From Planctomycetota bacterium (GTDB taxonomy: Bacteria; Planctomycetota; UBA1135; UBA2386), in the NCBI GenBank assembly GCA_965228735.1, contig OZ245838.1:4160001-4224000 (forward strand): a stretch of 64,000 nucleotides of DNA, written 5' to 3'. This document shows, piece by piece, positions 48,214 through 56,462 of the stretch. The notes under the pieces are model-generated. The model was not told the DNA's origin, did not search any database, and was given only the letters and a program-made list of their open reading frames with translations. Each line of letters begins with the position of its first letter. Positions within the stretch are counted from its first letter, which is position 1. The position numbers were made by a program, and so were the translations under genes.

Positions 48214-49412
48214 CGGGCGAGGCTGCGCAGGCGCTGCATGGCTTCGTCGAGCACGGGCCAATCCACGGCGAATTGGAACCGAATAGTCCGAACCCCGTCG
48301 GGATCCGCGAAGAACAGGTGGCCCGGTACGGCATTGATACCGACCCGGTCGATCATCCGGAGAACCGCCGCATGCGAGTCGAGGTCGTCGCCGAAGATCG
48401 GCCGATAGTCCGCGAGCACGTAGTAGGCCCCCTCGGGTCGCGAGAACCCGAACCCCGCGGCCTCGAGCGCGTCGCAGAAGGCGTCGCGCTTCTGCTCGTA
48501 GCCCGACTGCAGCTCGGCGTAGAACGAGTCGGGCAGCTCTTCGAGCGCGCGCTGCACGCCGCGCTGCATCGGCCGCGCGGCGCACACCTCGACCTGATCG
48601 AAGACGATGCCGCACTTCTCGACGATCTCGGCCGGGCCGGCGAGGAAGCCGATGCGCCACCCCGTCACGGAGTAGGTCTTGCTGAACGAGTTCATCGTCA
48701 GTGTGCGATCGGCGAGGCCCACGATCGTCGCCGGCGAGACGTGCTCGCGGCCGTCGAAGCACATGTATTCGTAGACCTCGTCGGTCAGCACCATGATGTC
48801 GGTGCCTTTGACGATGCCCGCGAGCTCTTCGAGCTCGGCGCGGGTCCAGACCTTGCCCGACGGATTGCCCGGTGTGTTCACGACGATCGCGCGCGTCCGA
48901 GCCGTGATCCTGCTGCGCAGCGCGTCCGCATCGAACGCGAGCGTGCCACGGTGGAGCGGCACGGCGACCGGCGTCGCGCCGAACAACGGGATCGTCGTCC
49001 AGTGGTAGCTGTAGAACGGCTCGAACACGACGACCTCGTCGCCCGGCTCGATGAGCGTCATGCCGGCCGCGAAGAACGCGCCCGAGCTGCCGGTGCACAC
49101 CGCGACGTTCTCCGCGCGGTAGTCGCGCAGCCCGTTGTGCTCGCGCAGCTTCTTCGCGATCGCCTCGCGCAGTTCGGGCAACCCGGCGTACGGCGTGTAG
49201 AGCTGGCGGTCACCGCCGTCGATCGACTCGATCGCGCCGCGCACGAGCGGAGCCGGCGTATCGAGGTCGCAGACGCCCTGCCCGAGGTTGATGCCACCTT
49301 CGACGCCGTTGATCACCAGCGTCAGAGAACGCAGCAGGTTGCCCTCGTCGAGATGACGGCGACGGGCGGCGGTGCGATCGAACGGGGACGGGGCGGATCG
49401 GTCGGAGCTCAT
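48210..49412 (-). CDS. PLP-dependent aminotransferase class I/II
   Basis: INLGQG, NTPGNPSGK, DEVYE and SFSKTYSVTGWRIG. Confidence 0.95.
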   Translation of the reverse strand: MSSDRSAPSPFDRTAARRRHLDEGNLLRSLTLVINGVEGGINLGQGVCDLDTPAPLVRGAIESIDGGDRQLYTPYAGLPELREAIAKKLREHNGLRDYRAENVAVCTGSSGAFFAAGMTLIEPGDEVVVFEPFYSYHWTTIPLFGATPVAVPLHRGTLAFDADALRSRITARTRAIVVNTPGNPSGKVWTRAELEELAGIVKGTDIMVLTDEVYEYMCFDGREHVSPATIVGLADRTLTMNSFSKTYSVTGWRIGFLAGPAEIVEKCGIVFDQVEVCAARPMQRGVQRALEELPDSFYAELQSGYEQKRDAFCDALEAAGFGFSRPEGAYYVLADYRPIFGDDLDSHAAVLRMIDRVGINAVPGHLFFADPDGVRTIRFQFAVDWPVLDEAMQRLRSLAR

Positions 49413-49485
49413 GGCGAGGCGGGCCGCGCATGATACGACAGGTGGCCGAGCGTTCCCCGTGCCGCCCCCGATCGCGGACGCCGAA

Positions 49486-50766
49486 TCAGCGGTTCTTGAG
49501 ATACCAGAGCTCGGCCTTGCGGATCACGCGTGAACTGTCGGCCGGCTCGAGCGCGGGGTCGTAGCCGAAGTCCTGCCCCGCGATCGCCGTCAGCGCCATC
49601 GCAGCCGCGCGCCGCTGGTTCTCGATCTTGCTCCGCAGCGCTTTCAGCACCTCGGGCAACGCCGCCTTGCCGCGCTTCTTCAGCTCGTCGGCGCACGCCT
49701 GCACGTGCTTCGGCTTGCTCATCGGCCCGATCGTCGGCAGCGTGACGATGCTCGGGGTGATGGGCCCTGGTTCCTTCTGGAACTTGCGCCGCAGGAACAG
49801 CACGGCGAACGACGTCGCCACCGCCGAACCGAGCCCCTTCGGCAGGTTGCGATCCTGTTCGCCGTGTTCGTCACCGCGCCAGCCGCCGCCCGTGAGCTGC
49901 TCGTCGACGAGCATGCGCGCGCCCGTCTCGTACCACGACTTGCCGCCGACCTCCTCGACGTCACAGAGGATCGCGGCGCGCTCGAGGCCGTAGTGGAAGT
50001 AGTAGCACCAGTGCGTCTCCGGATCGCCGATCGCCGCCGAGTTGACGTCGAAGTAGGCCCAGCTGCGTTCGAGCGCCGCATCGATCGACGAGCGATACTT
50101 GTTGCGGTCACCGAGCGCCTGGCGGCACACCGCGAGCACCGCGATGCCGGCCGCGGTCATCGACGCGTAGCCGGGAAACCCGCTGTTCTGCTTCTGGTAG
50201 CCGAAGCTGCCGTCCTCGTGCTGCTGCCGGAGCATGTTGCGCACGAGGTCGCTCCAGACCTTGCGCTTGATCTCGACCTGCATCGCGCGCGCGGCGCGCA
50301 GCCCGAGCGCCGCGTACTGCGTGTTGCTCAGGTCCCACTGACCCGTGTTGCGGCTGTAGCCGAAGCACCCGTCGTCGCGATGCCGGAGCAGCCGCTTCAC
50401 GTCGTCCGTGGCGATCTCGCGACGCTCCTTCACGTTCGGCAGCAGCTGGAGCACCATGAGTCGCAGCGCGATGTCGTAGGTCTGCACGCAGCGCGCGCTG
50501 ATGAGGCGGTCGACGGCCTTCTCGTAGATCGGCTCGCGCGTGTCGATCCCGTCATGCGTCGCCGCGAGCAGCACGAGCGCGAGCGAGCCGGCCCGAACGT
50601 GCGGGCCGTTGGCGTGGTCGAGGTGCTTCAGCAGCGCCGGTCGCGCGCTGTCGAGCGCGTGGTCGATGTCCGACTGCAGCGTGGCGGATTGCCCGCGCAA
50701 CCCGGCCCCCCCGAACGAGCCGGAACCACAGAACAGGAGGACGGTGCAGACGGCGGGACGGATCAT
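49486..50766 (-). CDS. Exported prenyltransferase/squalene-oxidase-repeat (alpha/alpha toroid) protein with a HEAT-like tail
   Basis: DLSNTQYAALGLRAA, QHEDGSFGY, SMTAAG, YYFHYGLERA and ATSFAVLFL. Confidence 0.8.
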   Translation of the reverse strand: MIRPAVCTVLLFCGSGSFGGAGLRGQSATLQSDIDHALDSARPALLKHLDHANGPHVRAGSLALVLLAATHDGIDTREPIYEKAVDRLISARCVQTYDIALRLMVLQLLPNVKERREIATDDVKRLLRHRDDGCFGYSRNTGQWDLSNTQYAALGLRAARAMQVEIKRKVWSDLVRNMLRQQHEDGSFGYQKQNSGFPGYASMTAAGIAVLAVCRQALGDRNKYRSSIDAALERSWAYFDVNSAAIGDPETHWCYYFHYGLERAAILCDVEEVGGKSWYETGARMLVDEQLTGGGWRGDEHGEQDRNLPKGLGSAVATSFAVLFLRRKFQKEPGPITPSIVTLPTIGPMSKPKHVQACADELKKRGKAALPEVLKALRSKIENQRRAAAMALTAIAGQDFGYDPALEPADSSRVIRKAELWYLKNR

Positions 50767-50867
50767 GCGCGTGCGAGAGGTCAGCGTATCGGGGAACCCC
50801 GGAGTCCGCCGGCCGTCAGGCCCGTTCTCGAGAATCCGCCGACGTCAGGCAGAGGCCGGATCCGACC

Positions 50868-52505
50868 CTACTGCGTGCGCAGGATCTGGCCCTTCTGCAC
50901 GAGCTGGCGCTCGAGCTCCGCGCAGGGCACGTCCTGCACGGCGCGGTCGAGGTCGATCGCGAGGCCGGCGGCGATCGCGGCAGATTGCCCGAGCACCATG
51001 AAGACGGGCTCCATCCGGATCGAGCCGAACGCGATGTGGGACGCGCTCACGGCAACCGGCACGAGCAGGTTGTCGGCGTGGCGCCGTTGCGGCTGGATCG
51101 CGCGGAACGGGATGCGATACGGCGCGGGCACGGGCACCTGCACGTCGCCTTCGTTCCGCACGTGGCCCTGGTCGTCGACGTAGCGCTGCACGTTGTGACT
51201 GTCCATCGTGTAGGCGCCGAGGCCGATCGGATCGTCCTCGACGATCTTCGACATGCAGTGCGCCTCGGTCACGACGACCTCGCCGACGAGGCGGCGACCC
51301 TCGCGGATGTAGAGCAGCGGCGGCCAATGATCGTGGTCGACGAACTCGTCCTTGCTGAGCCCGTAGCTCTGGAAGTGCTCGCGAATCGCCGCCGGCACGC
51401 GCTCATGGTTCGCGAGCGTCCACATCAGCCCCTCTTGATAGCGCCGATGCTCGGCCACGATCGCCGCCCGCTCCTCGTAGCTCGCGAGCGGGTAGTTCCA
51501 GTTCTTGCCGATGTAGTCGGTCGACACCGCGCGGTTGTTGTTGCTGTCCGTCTTGCGGTTGGGCATCCGCACGGGATGCCACGGCGCGACCTTCGCGCCC
51601 GCCTCGAAGTGCCGCAGCAGCAGCTCGTACTCGCGTTCGTCGTAGCCCGCGGGCCTGCGCCACGGCACCTGGTTGTCGGGATCGTCGGTCGCGCAGAGTC
51701 GAAAGCAGTAGGCCTGCACGCGCGCATCCGCCGCACCTTCTTCGCCCGGGCCGTCCGGATCGATGCCCGGCAGCAAGCCGCTGCTCGGATCGCCCGCGAC
51801 GACGTACGGATCGACGGGCGCGACGAACTGGTGCTTGGTCGCGTTCTTGACCTGCACGCCGTTGAGCGTCTCGCCGTACTTCGCGTTCGCCTCGCGCCCG
51901 ACCGTGAACTCGCAACCCGCGGTATCGAGCAGGTCGCCTTCGTAGGTGCAGTCGAGGAACACGCGCGCCTCGATCGTCGTGCCGGCGGCGCTGGTGATCG
52001 CGATGATGCGCGCGCCGTCCTTGAGCACGCCGCGACGCCGCTGCAGCTTGAACGGCATCGGCTCGATCCCTGCCTCCTCGAGCATCGCGGCGAACGTCGC
52101 GCTCGCCACGCTCGGCTCGAACGTCCACGCGGCGTCCTCACCAGGCCGATGACCACGACCCTTGAAGTCGGCGCGGCGCTGCCGGGTCCACGCTTCGTGG
52201 CGGTCGTAGTGCCGCCGCAAACGGCGATAGAACTCGCGCGACATGCCGCCGATCGCCGCCTTGTTGCCCACGTCGGTCGCGCCGAGACCCGACGTCGTGA
52301 GACCGCCGATCCAGTCGTCGCAGTCGAGCAGGACGACGGTGCGGCCCTGCGACTTCGCCTCGATCGCTGCGATGATGCCCGCGGACGTCGCGCCGTAGAC
52401 GCAGACATCGACCACGACGAAGCGCGGGCCGCTGAACGCGTTGCAGGCGGCGAGGAGCAGAAGGGCAATTGTCCAAAGGAGCGGTCTGGCTACGGCGAAG
52501 CTCAT
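50868..52505 (-). CDS. FAD-dependent oxidoreductase (lipoprotein signal)
   Basis: DVCVYGATSAGIIAA, IGGLTTSGLG, DCTYEGDL, YIREGRRL and SASHIAFGSIRMEPVFM. Confidence 0.9.
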   Translation of the reverse strand: MSFAVARPLLWTIALLLLAACNAFSGPRFVVVDVCVYGATSAGIIAAIEAKSQGRTVVLLDCDDWIGGLTTSGLGATDVGNKAAIGGMSREFYRRLRRHYDRHEAWTRQRRADFKGRGHRPGEDAAWTFEPSVASATFAAMLEEAGIEPMPFKLQRRRGVLKDGARIIAITSAAGTTIEARVFLDCTYEGDLLDTAGCEFTVGREANAKYGETLNGVQVKNATKHQFVAPVDPYVVAGDPSSGLLPGIDPDGPGEEGAADARVQAYCFRLCATDDPDNQVPWRRPAGYDEREYELLLRHFEAGAKVAPWHPVRMPNRKTDSNNNRAVSTDYIGKNWNYPLASYEERAAIVAEHRRYQEGLMWTLANHERVPAAIREHFQSYGLSKDEFVDHDHWPPLLYIREGRRLVGEVVVTEAHCMSKIVEDDPIGLGAYTMDSHNVQRYVDDQGHVRNEGDVQVPVPAPYRIPFRAIQPQRRHADNLLVPVAVSASHIAFGSIRMEPVFMVLGQSAAIAAGLAIDLDRAVQDVPCAELERQLVQKGQILRTQ

Positions 52506-52523
52506 GCCCTACTCATCGCACAA

Positions 52524-53423
52524 ATGCGCATCGCAATCACCGGAGCTTCGGGATTCGTGGGTTCGCGTCTCGTCGAGCAGCTGCGCGAGCGCGGCGACGA
52601 GCCCGTCCCGCTCGTGCGCGAGCGCGCGGACCGCACGGTCCCCGCGGGCAGCGCGCGCTGGGACACCGAGACCGGCGAGCTCGATCGCGACGCGCTCGGT
52701 GAGATCGACGCCGTCGTGCACCTCGCCGGCGAGAACGTTGCCGCGGGGCGCTGGTCCGACGCCCGCAAGCAGCGCATCCGCGACAGCCGGGGTCCGGTCA
52801 CGACCGCGCTCTGCCGGACGCTGGCCGCGCTCGAGCCGCGACCCCGCGTGCTCGTGAGCGCGTCCGCGATCGGGATCTACGGCGACCGCGGCGACGAGGT
52901 GCTGCACGAGGACAGCACGCTCGGCCAAGGCTTCCTCGCCGATGTCGCTCGCGAGTGGGAAGCGGGCACCGAGGGCGCGGCCGCCGCCGGCATCCGGGTC
53001 GTCAACCTGCGCATCGGCCTCGTGATGGATCCGAGCGGCGGCGCGCTCGGCAAGATGCTCCTGCCGTTCAAACTCGGCGTCGGCGGCCGCCTCGGCTCGG
53101 GCAGTCAATGGATGAGCTGGATCACGCGGAACGACCTGGTCCGCGCCATCGCGTTCGCCATCGACCGCGATCGAGTGGCGGGCCCGGTCCTCGGCGTCGC
53201 GCCGAACCCGGTCACGAACCTCCAGTTCACCAAGACTCTCGGCCGCGTGCTCCGTCGCCCGACGATCCTCCCGGTGCCGGCGTTCGGCCTCCGCCTGCTC
53301 TTCGGCGAGATGGCGGACGCCGCCCTGCTCGCGAGCCAGCGCGCCGAACCCCACCGTCTCCGCGACGCCGGCTTCGAGTTCGACGACCCCGAACTCGAAC
53401 CCGCGCTGCGCTCGATGCTGTAG
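52524..53423 (+). CDS. TIGR01777/YfcH-family NAD-dependent epimerase
   Basis: MRIAITGASGFVG, VHLAGE, SASAIGIYG, GFLADVAREWE and GGRLGSGSQWMSWI. Confidence 0.93.
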   Translation: MRIAITGASGFVGSRLVEQLRERGDEPVPLVRERADRTVPAGSARWDTETGELDRDALGEIDAVVHLAGENVAAGRWSDARKQRIRDSRGPVTTALCRTLAALEPRPRVLVSASAIGIYGDRGDEVLHEDSTLGQGFLADVAREWEAGTEGAAAAGIRVVNLRIGLVMDPSGGALGKMLLPFKLGVGGRLGSGSQWMSWITRNDLVRAIAFAIDRDRVAGPVLGVAPNPVTNLQFTKTLGRVLRRPTILPVPAFGLRLLFGEMADAALLASQRAEPHRLRDAGFEFDDPELEPALRSML

Positions 53424-53428
53424 ATCGG

Positions 53429-53526
53429 ACCCGTACGGAACCAGGTTCACGCTGCCGGCCGCGGTTGACCCTCCCTTGCGGTTGGCGTGCCGGCGGCCGG
53501 CAGCATGAACCTGGTTCCGTACGGGT
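53429..53526. repeat. 34-bp inverted repeat (one mismatch), REP-doublet/MITE-like
   Basis: 53429-53462 ACCCGTACGGAACCAGGTTCACGCTGCCGGCCGC matches the reverse complement of 53493-53526; 30-nt spacer. Confidence 0.9.
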
Positions 53527-53533
53527 TTCGGCG

Positions 53534-53558
53534 GGAACCGGGGCGCGGGGTTCGCGTC
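53534..53558 (+). promoter_or_regulatory. Candidate ECF-type promoter GGAAC-N16-CGTC
   Basis: Close match to the common ECF consensus, ending 13 nt before the serpin ATG. Confidence 0.55.
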
Positions 53559-53571
53559 GAGGCAGGGAGCC

Positions 53572-54825
53572 ATGAAGCACCCTGTCCAATTCTTCCTGGG
53601 TCTGACCCTCTTCTGCGGCGCCGTGCTCGAGCTCGCCAGCCCGCTCGCCGCGCAGCAACGCCGCCTCTCCGCCGACGAGCAGCAGCTCGTCCAAGCACTC
53701 GATCACTTCGCGACCGCGTTGCACGGCGAACTGATGCCAGACGGCGAGAACGTGTCGTGGTCGCCCGCGAGCATCGGGCTCGCGCTGCTCATGCTGCAGC
53801 CGGGGGCGCGCGGCGAGACGGCGGAGCAGATCGCCGACGTGTTGCACCTCCCCGCGGAGCTGCGCGGGGACGCGCTCCATACCGCCGTTGCGAAGTTGCT
53901 CGAACAGACGCTGTCGACGGGCAGCGCGGGCGACGAGACGGTGCCGCAGATCCGCATCGCGAACGACTTCTGGGGGCAGAGCGAGCACCCGTTCGTGCGG
54001 GACTACGTGCGGCTGCTCGAAGGCCCGTTCCGCGCCGGCATCCACGCCGTCGACTTCGCGCAGGATCCCGAGGCCGTTCGCCGACGCATCAACCGCCACA
54101 TCGAAGAAGTCACCAACCGTCACATCGAGGAGCTCGTTCCGAGTGGCGCGATGAGCCGCCAGACGCGCGCCATCATCAGCAACGCGCTCTGGTATCGCGG
54201 TCGCTGGCTCGACGACTTCCACCGCCCCAAGCGCCGCTACGACTTCCACGTCACGCCCGAGCGCACGGTGCAGGCGTCGTTCATCCAGAAGCAGAGCACG
54301 TTCTGGTATCGCGAGACCGACTCGCTGCAGGCCGTGCAGATCCCCCTCGACGATCGTGCCATGGCGTTCGAGATCGTGCTGCCGAAACCCGGCCACGACC
54401 TCGCGGTCGCGACGAAGGCGCTCGTGCAAGGTGACGCCAAACTGTGGCAGGGCCGCGAAGCCGTGCCCGTGTTCGTCGCGTTGCCGCCGTTCAAGATCGA
54501 ATCGCGCACGCGGCTCGAACGACCGCTCCGCAAGCTCGGCCTCCACGCCGCGTTCGACCCCGGCCGCGCCGACTTCGGCGGCATCGACGAGAGCGACCCG
54601 CTCTTCATCGACGACATGCTGCACGGCGCAATGGTGCGGGTCGACGAGCACGGCGTCGAAGCGGCGGCCGCGACGGTCTCGATCCTGCGCGCTGGCGCCG
54701 CGGCCCGACCGCAGGAGCCGAAGACGCTGCGCGCCGACCGCCCGTTCGCATTCGGCATCCGCGATCGCCGCACCGGGCTGCTGCTGTTCTGCGGTCAGCT
54801 CGTGACGCCGACGCGCGGGGTCTGA
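53572..54825 (+). CDS. Exported serpin (serine protease inhibitor)
   Basis: NVSWSPASI, GARGETAEQI, NALWYRGRW, hinge VDEHGVEAAAAT and ADRPFAFGIRD. Confidence 0.93.
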   Translation: MKHPVQFFLGLTLFCGAVLELASPLAAQQRRLSADEQQLVQALDHFATALHGELMPDGENVSWSPASIGLALLMLQPGARGETAEQIADVLHLPAELRGDALHTAVAKLLEQTLSTGSAGDETVPQIRIANDFWGQSEHPFVRDYVRLLEGPFRAGIHAVDFAQDPEAVRRRINRHIEEVTNRHIEELVPSGAMSRQTRAIISNALWYRGRWLDDFHRPKRRYDFHVTPERTVQASFIQKQSTFWYRETDSLQAVQIPLDDRAMAFEIVLPKPGHDLAVATKALVQGDAKLWQGREAVPVFVALPPFKIESRTRLERPLRKLGLHAAFDPGRADFGGIDESDPLFIDDMLHGAMVRVDEHGVEAAAATVSILRAGAAARPQEPKTLRADRPFAFGIRDRRTGLLLFCGQLVTPTRGV

Positions 54826-54871
54826 GAGCCGGGCCGGCAGGCGAGGGGCTGCGTTCCGATCGATAGCGGCA

Positions 54872-55007
54872 TGCACGATCGTGCAGATCAGGCCCCGTTC
54901 GGCACCAGAATCCGACCGACGGGCGCTGTGCCTGCACGATCATGCATAAATCGGGTTGAGAATGGCTAGGAGCGGCCCGATAGTGCCGCTCGATGCACGA
55001 TCATGCA
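54872..55007. promoter_or_regulatory. Three palindromic operator-like sites TGCACGATCRTGCA with a sigma70-like promoter
   Basis: Copies at 54872, 54933 and 54994 (61-bp period); TTGAGA(54956)-N17-GATAGT(54979) lies between copies 2 and 3. Confidence 0.8.
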
Positions 55008-55241
55008 TTCCACGAACGCCTGGCTCGCACCGTCCGCGATCGCCGCGAAGCGCTCGGACTCCGCCAGGTCGAACTCGCGGAGCTCGCCGCGTGCTCGACC
55101 CGCTTCGTGCACACGCTCGAGAACGGCAAGGGCACGGTCCGGCTCGACAAGCTGCTTGCCGTTCTCGACGCCCTCGGGCTCGAGCTCTCGGTGGCCCGCG
55201 GCGCCGGACCAGCCGCGAACCCGCATGGAGTTCGCCCGTGA
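54993..55241 (+). CDS. hipB: HipB-like XRE/HTH antitoxin (y4mF-type)
   Basis: VRDRREALGLRQVELAELAACSTRFVHTLENGKGTVRLDKLLAVLDALGL; stop overlaps the hipA GTG. Confidence 0.88.
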   Translation: MHDHAFHERLARTVRDRREALGLRQVELAELAACSTRFVHTLENGKGTVRLDKLLAVLDALGLELSVARGAGPAANPHGVRP

Positions 55242-56449
55242 GCGGCATCGATCTGCGACAGGTCGACCTCGCCGTCGTCGACAAGGCGGGTCAGCCGGCC
55301 GCAACGCTGCAACGCGACCCGCGCGGTGTCGTGTTCGCATACCGCCCCGACTACGCGGGCCCGGCGGTTGCGAGCACCCTGCCACTCACGCCCGAACCGA
55401 CACTCACTCCGGGCGGCGGGCTGCCACCGTTCTTCAGCGGACTCTTGCCCGAAGGGCGCCGACTCGCCGCGATCCGTCGCGCCGTGAAAACTTCCGCCGA
55501 CGACGAACTGACCCTGCTGCTCGCGGTCGGTGACGACGCGATCGGCGACGTGCGTATTCGCGCCGACGGTCCTCACGCCACGCCCGAGTCACCGACGACG
55601 GCCCCCGATCTCGAAGAGGTGACGTTCGCCGAGCTCTACGGCGATCTGCTCGCGGCCAGCCGGCAGGATCGCGTCGCCATCGCCGGCGCGCAGGACAAGG
55701 TGTCTGGTCAGATGATCTCGCTGCCGGTCCGGCATCACGGCGCCGCGTGGATCCTCAAACTCGACCCACCGAACGTGCCGCACCTCGTGGAGAACGAGGC
55801 GTTCTTCCTGCGTGCCGCCCGGGCATCGGGGCTCACGGTCGCGCCCGCCGAGGTCATCCGCGATCGTGCCGGTCAGCCAGGATTACTCGTCCGCCGCTTC
55901 GACCGGCTGCCGGGCGAGAACGGCCTCGACCCGCTCGCGCAAGAAGACGCGCTGCAAGCACTCGGTCGCTACCCGGCCGACAAGTATCGCGTCACGACCG
56001 AGGACGTCATCGATGGCCTCACCCGACTCACCGCCGCGCCCGCGGTCGCAGCTCGCGATCTGCTGCGGCAATTCGCGTTCGCCTATCTCACCGGGAACGG
56101 CGACCTCCACGGCAAGAACGTTTCGGTCCTGCAGTCCGATGGCGAATGGCGCGTCAGCCCGGCGTACGACCTGCCGAGCTCGCAGCCCTATGGGGACCAG
56201 ACGATGGCGCTGACGATCGGCGGCAAGGACCGTGAGGACCTCGGCCGCGCCGACTTCGTGGCGCTCGGCGAACGCAGCGGAGTCCCGCCCAAAGCGACCA
56301 TGCGCGTGCTCGACGACCTGCTGCGGGCGATGCCGCGATGGCACGGACAGCTCGACGAACTGCCGTTCGACGAACGAACGATCCACAAGCTGAGAAAGGC
56401 GAGTGCGTACCGCGCCGAGCGACTGCGCGCTTCCGACGGGCCCGACTAG
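55238..56449 (+). CDS. hipA: HipA-family kinase toxin
   Basis: N-terminal coupling domain (LPPFFSGLLPEG), AIAGAQDK, LLVRRFDR, GNGDLHGKN and SPAYD. Confidence 0.93.
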   Translation: MSGIDLRQVDLAVVDKAGQPAATLQRDPRGVVFAYRPDYAGPAVASTLPLTPEPTLTPGGGLPPFFSGLLPEGRRLAAIRRAVKTSADDELTLLLAVGDDAIGDVRIRADGPHATPESPTTAPDLEEVTFAELYGDLLAASRQDRVAIAGAQDKVSGQMISLPVRHHGAAWILKLDPPNVPHLVENEAFFLRAARASGLTVAPAEVIRDRAGQPGLLVRRFDRLPGENGLDPLAQEDALQALGRYPADKYRVTTEDVIDGLTRLTAAPAVAARDLLRQFAFAYLTGNGDLHGKNVSVLQSDGEWRVSPAYDLPSSQPYGDQTMALTIGGKDREDLGRADFVALGERSGVPPKATMRVLDDLLRAMPRWHGQLDELPFDERTIHKLRKASAYRAERLRASDGPD

Positions 56450-56462
56450 AATCCGCACTCGG

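Noticed and set aside
54872..55007. Possible mini-CRISPR (regularly spaced repeats with unique spacers)
   Set aside because: The repeat is only 14 bp and fully palindromic, there are three copies, no cas genes are present, and one copy overlaps the hipB start. An operator array fits better.
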